A program made the translations under genes and the position numbers. The notes under the pieces are model-generated. The model was not told the origin of the DNA, ran no database searches, and was given only the letters and a program-made list of their open reading frames with translations. A stretch of DNA of 63,976 bases, the filler included, from Candidatus Nezhaarchaeota archaeon WYZ-LMO8 (GTDB taxonomy: Archaea; Thermoproteota; Methanomethylicia; Nezhaarchaeales; WYZ-LMO8): NCBI GenBank assembly GCA_004347965.1. It is 3 parts of 3 records of this genome, joined end to end, with 100 filler letters (N's around TTAATTAATTAA, not from the genome) between each part and the next. Parts side by side here need not be neighbours in the genome. Positions count along the whole stretch, not along the records: positions 1 to 30,225 come from QNVF01000015.1; positions 30,326 to 59,631 come from QNVF01000016.1; 1 more part is not named here. One strand, 5' to 3'. Positions 21,451-30,785 of the stretch are shown one piece after another (the stretch's first letter is position 1; every line of letters begins with the position of its first letter).

Positions 21451-21575
21451 GCATTAACACCTTGTCATGCTTAAGGTGCAGCACTATATAGCGCTCTGCG
21501 AACATATTTGAGATATAAAGTTTTCTTTAAGTACAAAAGGAAAGAAAGGAATGAAATAAAAAAGGAGTTAAACTT

Positions 21576-24155
21576 TTAACGTCTTCGAAGACTTATGCTA
21601 CTGACCACTATACCCACTATGACGAGTACTGCTACGACGATGAGCATCATCAATACGTTACTTGCTTGCGCTGAGAGGGTGCTCAGACTTTGAGCTAATG
21701 AGTCTAGAGCACTACTTACTTTCGCTATCTCTTGGGACAATGCTGTTCCAACATCCCGGAAAGTGGATTCTAAAGGTCGTACATTAAAGACGTCGAAGTA
21801 CGTCTTAGATGTGCCTACAAACGCAACTTGCTCGCTATACGTAGCTATGATCAACTCGTATAGCCCTGGCTCTAAAGCTTCTGTGAACGTCGGCGACATC
21901 CTAATAACAAACTTCGACGCTGTTAAGGCTTCAGCATCTCCAAGACTTACTATGTCTCCTGTTATTGGGTTTTTGATTAAGTACTTTACTCCAAGAGGTG
22001 GTGGTCCTTGAACCTCTATGATTATTGATGCAGCTCCACCAGGAACAACGAGTGGCACTCCCATACTAACTACCTTGGGGGGTTCTGGTTTACCAAAGAA
22101 CCAATCACCCTTTGAGAACGGGTAGCTTGGATCTCTAAAAGCTTTGAGTTGAGCGTATTGCGCTATCGGGTCGAATATATTCAAGTAGAATGGCCCGTCG
22201 CTGATAACTAAGTGACCTTTATCGTTGAACCATGCAACGTCAGCTGCTCTTCTAGCCTCAAACTCTGTCTCGGTTGCATAGGCCTTGCCTCTTACATTAA
22301 AGATTTTTTCATAATCGCTGAACTTCATTTTCTCTAATGCTGTTTTAACCAGCTCAGCGTGCAACTTTAAATTAACTGAAAGCCATGGAACGCCATAGCT
22401 CTTAGAGGCGCTCCGCGAGTACATGGCTGCTTTGTCTTCGAAGACTACCTTGTCCATGGCAGCAAGTAATTCCCACGGGTAATGTCCTCCTGGAATGACA
22501 GCATACTCGGCTATGTAGTCGTCACTAAAGTGCCAATAGTCCACGTAAACCTCTAGGTACTTCTCATCCACTATTCTAAAGCCTTTAAAGAGCTTAAGTG
22601 TTTCACTAAGTGTTGCTGCTATAGACGACTCAATAGAGCTCTTCACCGGATCATAAGCTATCTCAAAGGCTTGATATATTGCGTACAGAACGTCAGCCCA
22701 AGTTATTGGCTGACCATTGTGCCACTTTGAACCCACGTACTTTGATAAGTCGAATACGACCTTGCTTTTCGCAGTTACACCCTTACCTACAGTCTTCCAT
22801 GTGTCAGAGACTGCATCCCATATTATGGCATCTTCTGGGACTGGCAGAGAGCCTGTTGGTCCAGCCGTTGTAACCTTGTAATTCCACCTGAATGGAATAG
22901 GTGCCCCACTAAATGGATGTCTCCACATAAATGGATCATGTATAGCTCTCCACATGTCTACGCTGTACACATCGTCGTGTCCACCTATAGGATTCCAGGC
23001 GCTACTTTCCGTATGAATCCATAGGTGACCAATCTTCACGGTAGTTTTACCAGGTATGTAGACTTCTCGTGGATTAAGGGGTGATCTAAGTCCAGTTCCC
23101 ACATCCTCTGTTAACCCGCTAACCTCCTTCTTAGCTGGATGTACTTCAAGCCTTGTAGCAACCCAAATTCTTACGGATTCTTGAATTATCATCTCTGTGG
23201 CTTTTCTGTAGAGTTCATCTCTCTCATTCTTACTATTGAAGATTCCCATGTAAATCTTCTTTCCAAGCTCATCTATTGTAGAATTCTCGTATTGCCAATA
23301 TCCGGCCTCTTGCCAACCTGGCATCCAACCGTACCATGGTGCACCAAATTGGCTGATGGTTGAATAGTCATACTTTTCAGGGACTGACTTCCCCCAACCC
23401 TCAGTGTATAGATGCCATTGTAATTCCGCAGGGTCAGTGCCGTATACTATTGGTATTGCTTGCCCAAAAGCCATGTAAAGCCTGTTAACAGTGAAGCCCA
23501 CGCTCTCGAGTGCTGAGGCGAGCATGTCACCTATCTCTCTCCTTTCATCTTCTATTCTTATAATGAAGTTTATGACTATTGGACTTCCGTTGTAGTACCA
23601 CTTTCCTTCAACTTTACTAGCTCCAGCCTTAGTCAATGCTTTATCGATTATGGCGGCAGCGGTCACTGGATCGTACTTAAAGTCGTACTTAGCTATGATA
23701 TCGTAAATCGTTACGTAGTCTGGATCGTATTGAGAGAGGAACGTTACCATTGGAGCTGCAAATCCTTTATATATTTGATTAACGACGTAGTCCCTATCAA
23801 TTAGGTAATTCAATGCGAACCTTACTTCTCTTATTGAAAATGGATTTAATGATCCTTTTGGTGCTGGTGCTGGATTCAGTATGATGCTGACCATAGCGGC
23901 AGGTGCGTAGTATACAACTACATCTGGATCGCCTTTCAATGCCTCAGCTTGAGCTGGCCTTAACCCGAAAATGTAGTAGTCTATCTCACCAGCCTTTAAT
24001 GCTTGAGCCGCCAAGTCCACAGGAACTCTCCTAAATTCAATGATATCTGTTGCTGGACCGCTTTCAGCTAAAACTGGTATCGACACTGTTGCGAAAACGT
24101 TGAAGGTCAGTAAGAAGATCATAAGTAGGGGTATTCCAACATTCCTTTTCATCAA
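21576..24155 (-). CDS. Family 5 peptide-binding protein with C-terminal coiled-coil and TM anchor
   Basis: Signal peptide, NPFSIREVRFALNYLIDR, GQPITWADV, C-terminal hydrophobic helix plus RRR. Confidence 0.9.
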   Translation of the reverse strand: MMKRNVGIPLLMIFLLTFNVFATVSIPVLAESGPATDIIEFRRVPVDLAAQALKAGEIDYYIFGLRPAQAEALKGDPDVVVYYAPAAMVSIILNPAPAPKGSLNPFSIREVRFALNYLIDRDYVVNQIYKGFAAPMVTFLSQYDPDYVTIYDIIAKYDFKYDPVTAAAIIDKALTKAGASKVEGKWYYNGSPIVINFIIRIEDERREIGDMLASALESVGFTVNRLYMAFGQAIPIVYGTDPAELQWHLYTEGWGKSVPEKYDYSTISQFGAPWYGWMPGWQEAGYWQYENSTIDELGKKIYMGIFNSKNERDELYRKATEMIIQESVRIWVATRLEVHPAKKEVSGLTEDVGTGLRSPLNPREVYIPGKTTVKIGHLWIHTESSAWNPIGGHDDVYSVDMWRAIHDPFMWRHPFSGAPIPFRWNYKVTTAGPTGSLPVPEDAIIWDAVSDTWKTVGKGVTAKSKVVFDLSKYVGSKWHNGQPITWADVLYAIYQAFEIAYDPVKSSIESSIAATLSETLKLFKGFRIVDEKYLEVYVDYWHFSDDYIAEYAVIPGGHYPWELLAAMDKVVFEDKAAMYSRSASKSYGVPWLSVNLKLHAELVKTALEKMKFSDYEKIFNVRGKAYATETEFEARRAADVAWFNDKGHLVISDGPFYLNIFDPIAQYAQLKAFRDPSYPFSKGDWFFGKPEPPKVVSMGVPLVVPGGAASIIIEVQGPPPLGVKYLIKNPITGDIVSLGDAEALTASKFVIRMSPTFTEALEPGLYELIIATYSEQVAFVGTSKTYFDVFNVRPLESTFRDVGTALSQEIAKVSSALDSLAQSLSTLSAQASNVLMMLIVVAVLVIVGIVVSSISLRRR

Positions 24156-24371
24156 ATCACCTTTCTCTTCAGCATCCTTTTATATGATACTAATTTTTAA
24201 ACTTTAAGATCCAGTTAGAATATTTCATAATATAGTACATGAGCCCTATTGCACTAAGGTTCTCTGAATTTTCATTAATTATCTTCTCTTCGTCTCGCTG
24301 CGTTCAGCATTATCTTCTCAAAGCATTTAAAAATTTTAAAGATGCTTAATTTGCTTATTGTGGTGTAAATT

Positions 24372-24659
24372 ATGCAGTCTCATGATAAGGATCTCCTAGT
24401 GATCACGGTCATAGGTGTTGATAAGCCCGGTATAGTTGCTGGGATTACAAGTGTCTTGGCTAGCTTTAACGTAAACATTGAGGACATAAGCCAGACGGTT
24501 TTGAGGGGCTTCTTCGCTATGATAATGGTTGCCGATATGAGCAAGGCTAAGTGCAGCCTAAATGAGCTTAGAGAAAAGCTTGAGGTTAAAGCTAAGGAAC
24601 TAGGAGTTGAGGTCTTCGTTCAGCACTCCGACATATTTAAAGCTATGCATAGAGTGTGA
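24372..24659 (+). CDS. Stand-alone ACT domain protein (UPF0237-like)
   Basis: VITVIGVDKPGIVA...NIEDISQT...IFKAMHRV. Confidence 0.88.
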   Translation: MQSHDKDLLVITVIGVDKPGIVAGITSVLASFNVNIEDISQTVLRGFFAMIMVADMSKAKCSLNELREKLEVKAKELGVEVFVQHSDIFKAMHRV

Positions 24660-24794
24660 CTAAGTAACCGATGTTTCATCAATTTAAAGTGCACACAGGT
24701 TGATTGCAACACAGCACGACCTCAATGTCCAATCGAATAATTGATCTGATTGATTGCTTAAAGAAACTTCACGTAGTTTGAGTAGAGGAATGAT

Positions 24795-25652
24795 TTATCT
24801 GTGGTCTTGAAGCCAATTTAATATGTCGTTTAAGACTTCCTGCTTTGCTCTTTCATTTAAAATCTCGTGCTTCATGTTGGGATAGACCTTTAATACCTTA
24901 TCCTGGATCTTTAAAGTACTGTAGAGCCTCTTTGATGCTTCTATAGGTACTATCTTGTCGTCAGCTCCATGCAGTATTAACGCTGGGACAGCTATCTTCT
25001 CAATGTACCTCCACACTCTACGAGAAGCTCCTACAAGTTCGGCTAAGAGCTTTATCGTTGGATCCTTAAACACCAACGGGTCCTCCACGTACCTCTTACC
25101 TACCTCTGGGTCGGTTGATAGCTCTCTTGGATCTATTGGTAGAGCAAGCCTCTTCATAGGCAATACAACACTAAGAAGTATCAATAGTAGCTTATGCAAA
25201 GCTGGAGTAGCTAGGTACACTCCAGCACCACTAGTGATGATTGTCTTCACGCTCTTACCTACGTAGCCAGCGTAATGAACTGCTATTAAACCGCCCATGC
25301 TATGCCCTAATAGATGAACTTTCTCATGCCCAGTCCTCGATAACATGTATTCTATGTATGCTTCTAGGTCATCGAGGTAATCCTCAAACCTCCTCACGTA
25401 CCCCCTTAAGGTCTTCTCAGCTGTTCTCCCATGCCCCCTTAAATCCATTATACAGAAGTCGTAAGAGTTATCTGCAAAGAACTTACCCACATGCTCGTAC
25501 CTACCACCATGCTCTGCGAATCCATGAACCCCAACTATGAGCCCTTTACTATTCGTTGCCGTCCAACATCTATGGTAAACCTCAACTCCTGTTCGAAGCT
25601 TTACAAAATCTTCGAAATAAGCCAATGGACTACACCTAATTATTGACCTCAA
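24795..25652 (-). CDS. Lysophospholipase/monoacylglycerol lipase (alpha/beta hydrolase)
   Basis: HGFAEHGGRY, DLRGHG, GHSMGG, HGADD, HEILNE. Confidence 0.9.
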   Translation of the reverse strand: MRSIIRCSPLAYFEDFVKLRTGVEVYHRCWTATNSKGLIVGVHGFAEHGGRYEHVGKFFADNSYDFCIMDLRGHGRTAEKTLRGYVRRFEDYLDDLEAYIEYMLSRTGHEKVHLLGHSMGGLIAVHYAGYVGKSVKTIITSGAGVYLATPALHKLLLILLSVVLPMKRLALPIDPRELSTDPEVGKRYVEDPLVFKDPTIKLLAELVGASRRVWRYIEKIAVPALILHGADDKIVPIEASKRLYSTLKIQDKVLKVYPNMKHEILNERAKQEVLNDILNWLQDHR

Positions 25653-25731
25653 ATTAACAGTTAATATTTCTTATCGTAAAGTTAACGTGGTGTTAAGTCG
25701 TTGTAGAACGATAACCTCGATTACCTGGTAA

Positions 25732-26985
25732 CTAAGTGCTTCTTGCATTAAAAGTTATGGTACCCACTTCCTTAGATCTTGCAAGCGCTCTTACAGGAAT
25801 CTTGATTCTAATAATCTCTGCAGGTCTAGCCTTGTAAAGCTCCACTTGGAATCCTATCTCATCCACCTCCAATACCACATCATTCATGGGTTTTTGAGCC
25901 CTCATGTAAAACGTCACGTCTCTTAATCCTGAAATGTAGTGGGGTACAACGAACCTTAGACCTTCGCCAACCTTAACCTTAATACCGGCTTTATAGACTT
26001 CTTTTTCGTTAAGTCTCTCTAAGAGACCTTCAGCAGCCCACTCGCCCTGCTCCACAGCGTAATCTACTAAGTCATTTATGAGTAGTGCATTACCAGCCAC
26101 ATGTAATCTTGGTTTGCTTGCTTCAAGGAGGTCGTTTACTACTGGACCACCTGTAGTAGGTTCTAATTCTACACCTAGCTTGGCTAGTAGGTCCACGTCA
26201 GGTCTAAGGCCAGCTGAGACTATCACGGTATCGCACTTTAACTCGAACTCTGAGCCTGGTATTGGATTTAGATCTTCGTCCACTCTACACACAACAACTT
26301 TCTCAACTCTACTTCTACCCTCAATCCTCCTCACCATGTGGCTAAGCAAGAGTGGTATATTGAAGTCCTGTAGGCACCACACCACGTTCCTAATTAGCCC
26401 ACCGGGGTAGGGCATGATCTCTACAACTGCCTTCACATTTGCTCCTTCAACAGCAAACCTGCGAGCCATTATCAGGCCCACATCGCCGCTTCCAATAATC
26501 ACCACATCCCTTCCAGGCATTATGCCGTATAGATCCATTAACGCTTGAGCTTCTCCAGCTGTGTAAACGCCCTCAGGTCTCTCTCCGGTCACCCATATCT
26601 CGAAAATGCTTCTTTCACGCGCACCTGCAGCGTAGATTAAGCCCTTCGACTCTATCCTACAAACGCCGCTACGAGTTATAGCGAAGAGCTCGTAGACACC
26701 ATGAGATTTCTCTCTTATCTCGGTGACGTGGGCTTTAACCATGTAATCTGCTTCAGTGCTTAGGAACATGTCCACTAGCTCTTGTGCAAACTCAGTTCCA
26801 GCTACATCCCTCTTGAAGTAGAGGAGCCCAAACCCTGTATGAATGCATTGAACTGGTATTCCACCGAGGTGCTTCCTATTCTCTATTAGTAAAACCTTCA
26901 AGCCGCTTTTAGCCAGCTTTGTAGCAGCTGCTAGTCCTGCTGGTCCTCCACCCAATATAACTACGTCGTAGCTCACCCTCTTCAT
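25732..26985 (-). CDS. FAD/NAD(P)-dependent oxidoreductase, partner of GlpA-like dehydrogenase
   Basis: GGGPAG, GGIPVQCIH.GFG, GSGDVGLIMARR; overlaps upstream gene. Confidence 0.85.
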   Translation of the reverse strand: MKRVSYDVVILGGGPAGLAAATKLAKSGLKVLLIENRKHLGGIPVQCIHTGFGLLYFKRDVAGTEFAQELVDMFLSTEADYMVKAHVTEIREKSHGVYELFAITRSGVCRIESKGLIYAAGARERSIFEIWVTGERPEGVYTAGEAQALMDLYGIMPGRDVVIIGSGDVGLIMARRFAVEGANVKAVVEIMPYPGGLIRNVVWCLQDFNIPLLLSHMVRRIEGRSRVEKVVVCRVDEDLNPIPGSEFELKCDTVIVSAGLRPDVDLLAKLGVELEPTTGGPVVNDLLEASKPRLHVAGNALLINDLVDYAVEQGEWAAEGLLERLNEKEVYKAGIKVKVGEGLRFVVPHYISGLRDVTFYMRAQKPMNDVVLEVDEIGFQVELYKARPAEIIRIKIPVRALARSKEVGTITFNARST

Positions 26986-28463
26986 ATCTCTTGCCTCAAA
27001 AGTACCTTAACATCACCTATACCAATCGGGCTCCTCCTCCACATCACGGCGTGAAGAGGCTTACCGGTGACTTCAGAAATTATTTGAGCAACGTTTATCC
27101 TACATTTAGATCCTTGACACCTGCCAAAGCCAGCTGTAGTCCTAAACTTTACTCCATCAATCGTGGGTACAGCCCCGATTTCAAGGGTTCTTCGTAAAGC
27201 TTCAAGCACTTCAGCCTTTGAGACCACGTTGCAGTAGCAAACCACTTCACCGTAATCGGGGTTTTGTCGTATCAGCTTGTCAATCTCCTTGTAGCTTTTC
27301 TCAGCCATTCTCTCCATGCTCTTTATCACTTTAATCTCTTCCTTACCTTCGAACTTTAGGTCGAAGACCTCCTCGACAATCTCCTTTACGTAGTATGCTA
27401 TTGCAGGAGCAGCAGTTAGTCCAGGAGACCTAATTCCTGCTACGCTAATCAAGCCCCATGGATCATCATAAGCTTTTATTAGCCAATTACCATCAGGTGG
27501 TTCAGGTCTTAAACCGCTGAAGAACCTTATAACCTTTGATCTTGGCGGTATCCTGTATATCTTCGAAGCCTCCTTAATTAGCTGCTCTAAACCAGTCTCA
27601 GTGGTGGCAGTGTTCTCCTTCTCGTCGTAGTCTAGATCTTCAGCTGTAGGTCCTATGAGTAGGTTTCCGTGAACTGTCGTCACAACGTAAACCCCCTTGG
27701 TTAAGGGGGTAGGCGTTGTGTGAAGAATAACCCTCGGCTTAGGTTCAACATCTCTCTCAAAAACTATATATTGTCCCCTCCTTGGTCTTATCTTGAAGTC
27801 TAGCTCTACGCCAGCTGTGTGTGCTAGCTTATCTGAGTAGAGCCCTGCAGCATTTACGACGACATCTCCATCTATGATGCCCCTATTGGTTTCAACACCT
27901 CTTACCTCTCCATTCTCAATGATGATTCTCTTAACCTCGGTGTTAACCAGAAGCTTTGCACCATTAGCAACAGAGTTCTCGATTAGCGTTATGGTTGCTT
28001 CGAAAGGACTTATGATGCCAGCTGTCTTAGCATACACAGCACCGAGCACGCTTGGTGCCACACCCCTCTCTAACATCAGGACTTCTTGTCCCTCAAGTAG
28101 GGAAACTCCAGGTACATTGTTTAGCTTAGCAAACTCAACATACTTTAAAGCCTCTCTCCTTTCCTCTAGTGTTGTGAATATCATGAGTTCTCCTCTTTCT
28201 TCAAAGGGTATGTTCATTAACGACGACCATTCCCTCCAAATTTTATTGCCTTCCACACACAACTTTGCTCTAAGAGGGTGGGCCCTAGGATCTTCCTCGT
28301 GACCTGGATGTATGATCCCCGTGTTGGCTTTACTAACACCCCAACAAACATCAGGCTCCTTTTCTACTACGATGACTTCCACGTTCTTGATCGTGGAAAA
28401 TACGTAAGCTATGCTAGCTCCAATCACTCCAGCACCTACAATGATTACCCTCAATACCATCAC
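26982..28463 (-). CDS. glpA: FAD-dependent glycerol-3-phosphate dehydrogenase-like protein with BFD-like Fe-S domain
   Basis: GAGVIG, SKANTGIIH, GIRSPGLTAAP, C-terminal CYC...GRCQG..C; follows glpK. Confidence 0.78.
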   Translation of the reverse strand: MMVLRVIIVGAGVIGASIAYVFSTIKNVEVIVVEKEPDVCWGVSKANTGIIHPGHEEDPRAHPLRAKLCVEGNKIWREWSSLMNIPFEERGELMIFTTLEERREALKYVEFAKLNNVPGVSLLEGQEVLMLERGVAPSVLGAVYAKTAGIISPFEATITLIENSVANGAKLLVNTEVKRIIIENGEVRGVETNRGIIDGDVVVNAAGLYSDKLAHTAGVELDFKIRPRRGQYIVFERDVEPKPRVILHTTPTPLTKGVYVVTTVHGNLLIGPTAEDLDYDEKENTATTETGLEQLIKEASKIYRIPPRSKVIRFFSGLRPEPPDGNWLIKAYDDPWGLISVAGIRSPGLTAAPAIAYYVKEIVEEVFDLKFEGKEEIKVIKSMERMAEKSYKEIDKLIRQNPDYGEVVCYCNVVSKAEVLEALRRTLEIGAVPTIDGVKFRTTAGFGRCQGSKCRINVAQIISEVTGKPLHAVMWRRSPIGIGDVKVLLRQEI

Positions 28464-28483
28464 TTCTTCAAGCTTCCTGATGT

Positions 28484-30046
28484 TTAAGAGACTTCCCTAG
28501 CCCAGTTGAGAGCTCTTTTAACTGCTGCCTTCCAATTGCCGTATAGTCTCTCTCGCTCTTCAAGTGGCATCTTCGGTTCAAAAACCTTCTCAGCCTTCCA
28601 TATCCTACATAATTCCTCTAATGACCTCCAAATTCCTGTCGCAAGCCCAGCCATGAACGCCACGCCTAAGCTGGTAGTCTCGTAGATCACTGGCCTAACG
28701 ACTTTGATCCCAAGAATGTCTGCTTGAAACTGCATTAGAAAGTTGCTCTTAGAAGCTCCACCATCAGCTTTCAGCTTGCTTATCTCCTTCCTCGCATCTA
28801 ACTTCATTACTTCGATTACGTCGCGAGTTAAATACGCTATCGATTCGAGTACAGCTCTCGCAATATGCTTCCTCGTAGTATCCCTAGTTATACCGATTAT
28901 CAGCCCTCTAGCGTATGGATCCCAGTAAGGCGCACCTAATCCTGTGAAGGCTGGGACAAAGTATACTCCACCAGTATCTTGAACTGCTTCAGCTAGAGGA
29001 TCCACTTCAGCTGAAACCTCTATAATCTTTAGACCATCTCTAAGCCATTGAATAGCAGCACCCGTCACGAATATACTGCCTTCAAGAGCATAGTAAGCTG
29101 ACTTGGGCTTATCACTATAGTATACTGTGGTTAGAAGGCCATGCTCTGATAGCGTTACATCATCTCCAGTGTTCAGTAGTATGAAGTTGCCTGTACCGTA
29201 AGTGCACTTTACATCTCCCTCCTTAAAGCAAGCTTGTCCAAATAGAGCTGCTTGTTGATCTCCTGCATCACCTGCTATTGGTATCTCAACAGAGCCTAAG
29301 ATCGATCTCACCTCTGATCCTGTGTATCCATAAAAATCCCTATCTACGCTGGGTCTAGTTAATGGTAGAGATTCTATTGGTATCATCCCCTGTACTTCTG
29401 CTAGCTCAGGATCCCACTCAAGCCTTCTTATGTTGAACAGCATGGTCCTACTTGCATTACTGTAATCAGTCACGAAGGCTCCATTAAACTCTGGAGTTAA
29501 GCACTCTCTAGACCCTCTTGATAGGTTCCATATGATCCACGTATCTATTGTTCCGAAGATCACTTCACCTCGCTTCGCTCTTTCACGTAGTCCTTCGATG
29601 TTATCTAGCATCCACCATATCTTGGTGCTTGAGAAGTAGGGATCCGGTATGAGCCCCGTTTTAGCTCTTATAATCTCTAAGTAGTTCTCTCTTAGGTATT
29701 CAACGTACTTTACTGTTCGCCTATCTTGCCATACTAAGGCGTTGCCATAAACCATTCCAGTCTTTGGGTTCCAGGCTACGACAGTCTCTCTTTGATTTGT
29801 AACACCTATCCCAACTATCTCGCTCGGCTTGACATAGCTTCGAGCTATAACCTCTTTAATGCAGTACTTAACGTTCTCCCATATTTCGATGGGGTTATGC
29901 TCAACCCAGCCAGGATGTGGATATATTTGTGTATGCTCTCTATAGCACCATGCTACTGGCTTGCCCTCTTCATTAAAAAGCCCCACACGACTACCTGTAG
30001 TTCCACTATCTATCGCTATAATGTACATGACAGCTTCACCCATCAA
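28484..30046 (-). CDS. glpK: Glycerol kinase
   Basis: DSGTTG, TNQRET, WQDRRT, GDQQAALFGQ, TYGTG, GLGAPYWD, DGG. Confidence 0.96.
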   Translation of the reverse strand: MMGEAVMYIIAIDSGTTGSRVGLFNEEGKPVAWCYREHTQIYPHPGWVEHNPIEIWENVKYCIKEVIARSYVKPSEIVGIGVTNQRETVVAWNPKTGMVYGNALVWQDRRTVKYVEYLRENYLEIIRAKTGLIPDPYFSSTKIWWMLDNIEGLRERAKRGEVIFGTIDTWIIWNLSRGSRECLTPEFNGAFVTDYSNASRTMLFNIRRLEWDPELAEVQGMIPIESLPLTRPSVDRDFYGYTGSEVRSILGSVEIPIAGDAGDQQAALFGQACFKEGDVKCTYGTGNFILLNTGDDVTLSEHGLLTTVYYSDKPKSAYYALEGSIFVTGAAIQWLRDGLKIIEVSAEVDPLAEAVQDTGGVYFVPAFTGLGAPYWDPYARGLIIGITRDTTRKHIARAVLESIAYLTRDVIEVMKLDARKEISKLKADGGASKSNFLMQFQADILGIKVVRPVIYETTSLGVAFMAGLATGIWRSLEELCRIWKAEKVFEPKMPLEERERLYGNWKAAVKRALNWAREVS

Positions 30047-30225
30047 TTACAATGCCTTATACAAGTTTTCCCAAGCAATCATCAAGTTCTTCAATGCCAA
30101 AGATAGGATAGGCACCTGACACACCCGACATAGAGGTAAGGCACGTAAAGGCTAAATTAGCCTTGCCAGTTAAGAGTTATGTCTAGAACGTGTAGGTAAA
30201 GATCTCCTCGTTACTACGACATCTG

Positions 30226-30325
30226 NNNNNNNNNNNNNNNNNNNNNNNNNNNNNNNNNNNNNNNNNNNNTTAATTAATTAANNNNNNNNNNNNNNNNNNN
30301 NNNNNNNNNNNNNNNNNNNNNNNNN
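30226..30325. other. Artificial contig linker (N44-TTAATTAATTAA-N44)
   Basis: 100-bp N block with a 12-mer giving stops in all six frames. Confidence 0.98.
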
Positions 30326-30765
30326 AGCTGAAGAAGATAGCAGAATCAGTTGGACGATCTTTAGAGAACTTTGAACCTGGTCTATACGTCTATGTAGTGA
30401 TGGCTGAGAAGCGTGAAGATGCCTTGAACCAATTAAGGCGAATAAAGTCACTGATAGCCCCTTCACTAAGGGGCATTAGAGAGGCTGGCTATGATGTAGA
30501 GATTCCTCCTCATCTGTTAGAAGTAACGTACTCTAACATCATGGTCACAGAAGAGGGTCTCAAGCTATTTGAAGAACTTAACAAGTACGTTCCTGATGAG
30601 GTAGCTCTTGAATTCTCGATTGCTGGGACACCTGAGGACTGTGCAAATAAGGTTGAAGAGTTTGTGAAAGCTGGAGTCAAGCACTTCGTATTAGTGAATG
30701 CAGGACCAGACCCTAAGTTTGTCTTTGAGACGTTGGCTAGGAAGATAATACCCTCCTATAGATAA
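30326..30765 (+). CDS. LLM-class (luciferase-like/Mer-like) oxidoreductase, C-terminal part truncated by contig edge
   Basis: Frame is open back to the gap (LKKIAESVGRSLENFEPGLYVYVV...); VPDEVALEFSIAGTPEDC...AGVKHFV typical LLM C-terminus. Confidence 0.75.
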
Positions 30766-30785
30766 TGAGTTGAAGGTGTTGAAGG

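Noticed and set aside
30270..30281. TTAATTAATTAA palindrome, repeated at 59676-59687
   Set aside because: Synthetic six-frame stop linker inside N runs, not biological
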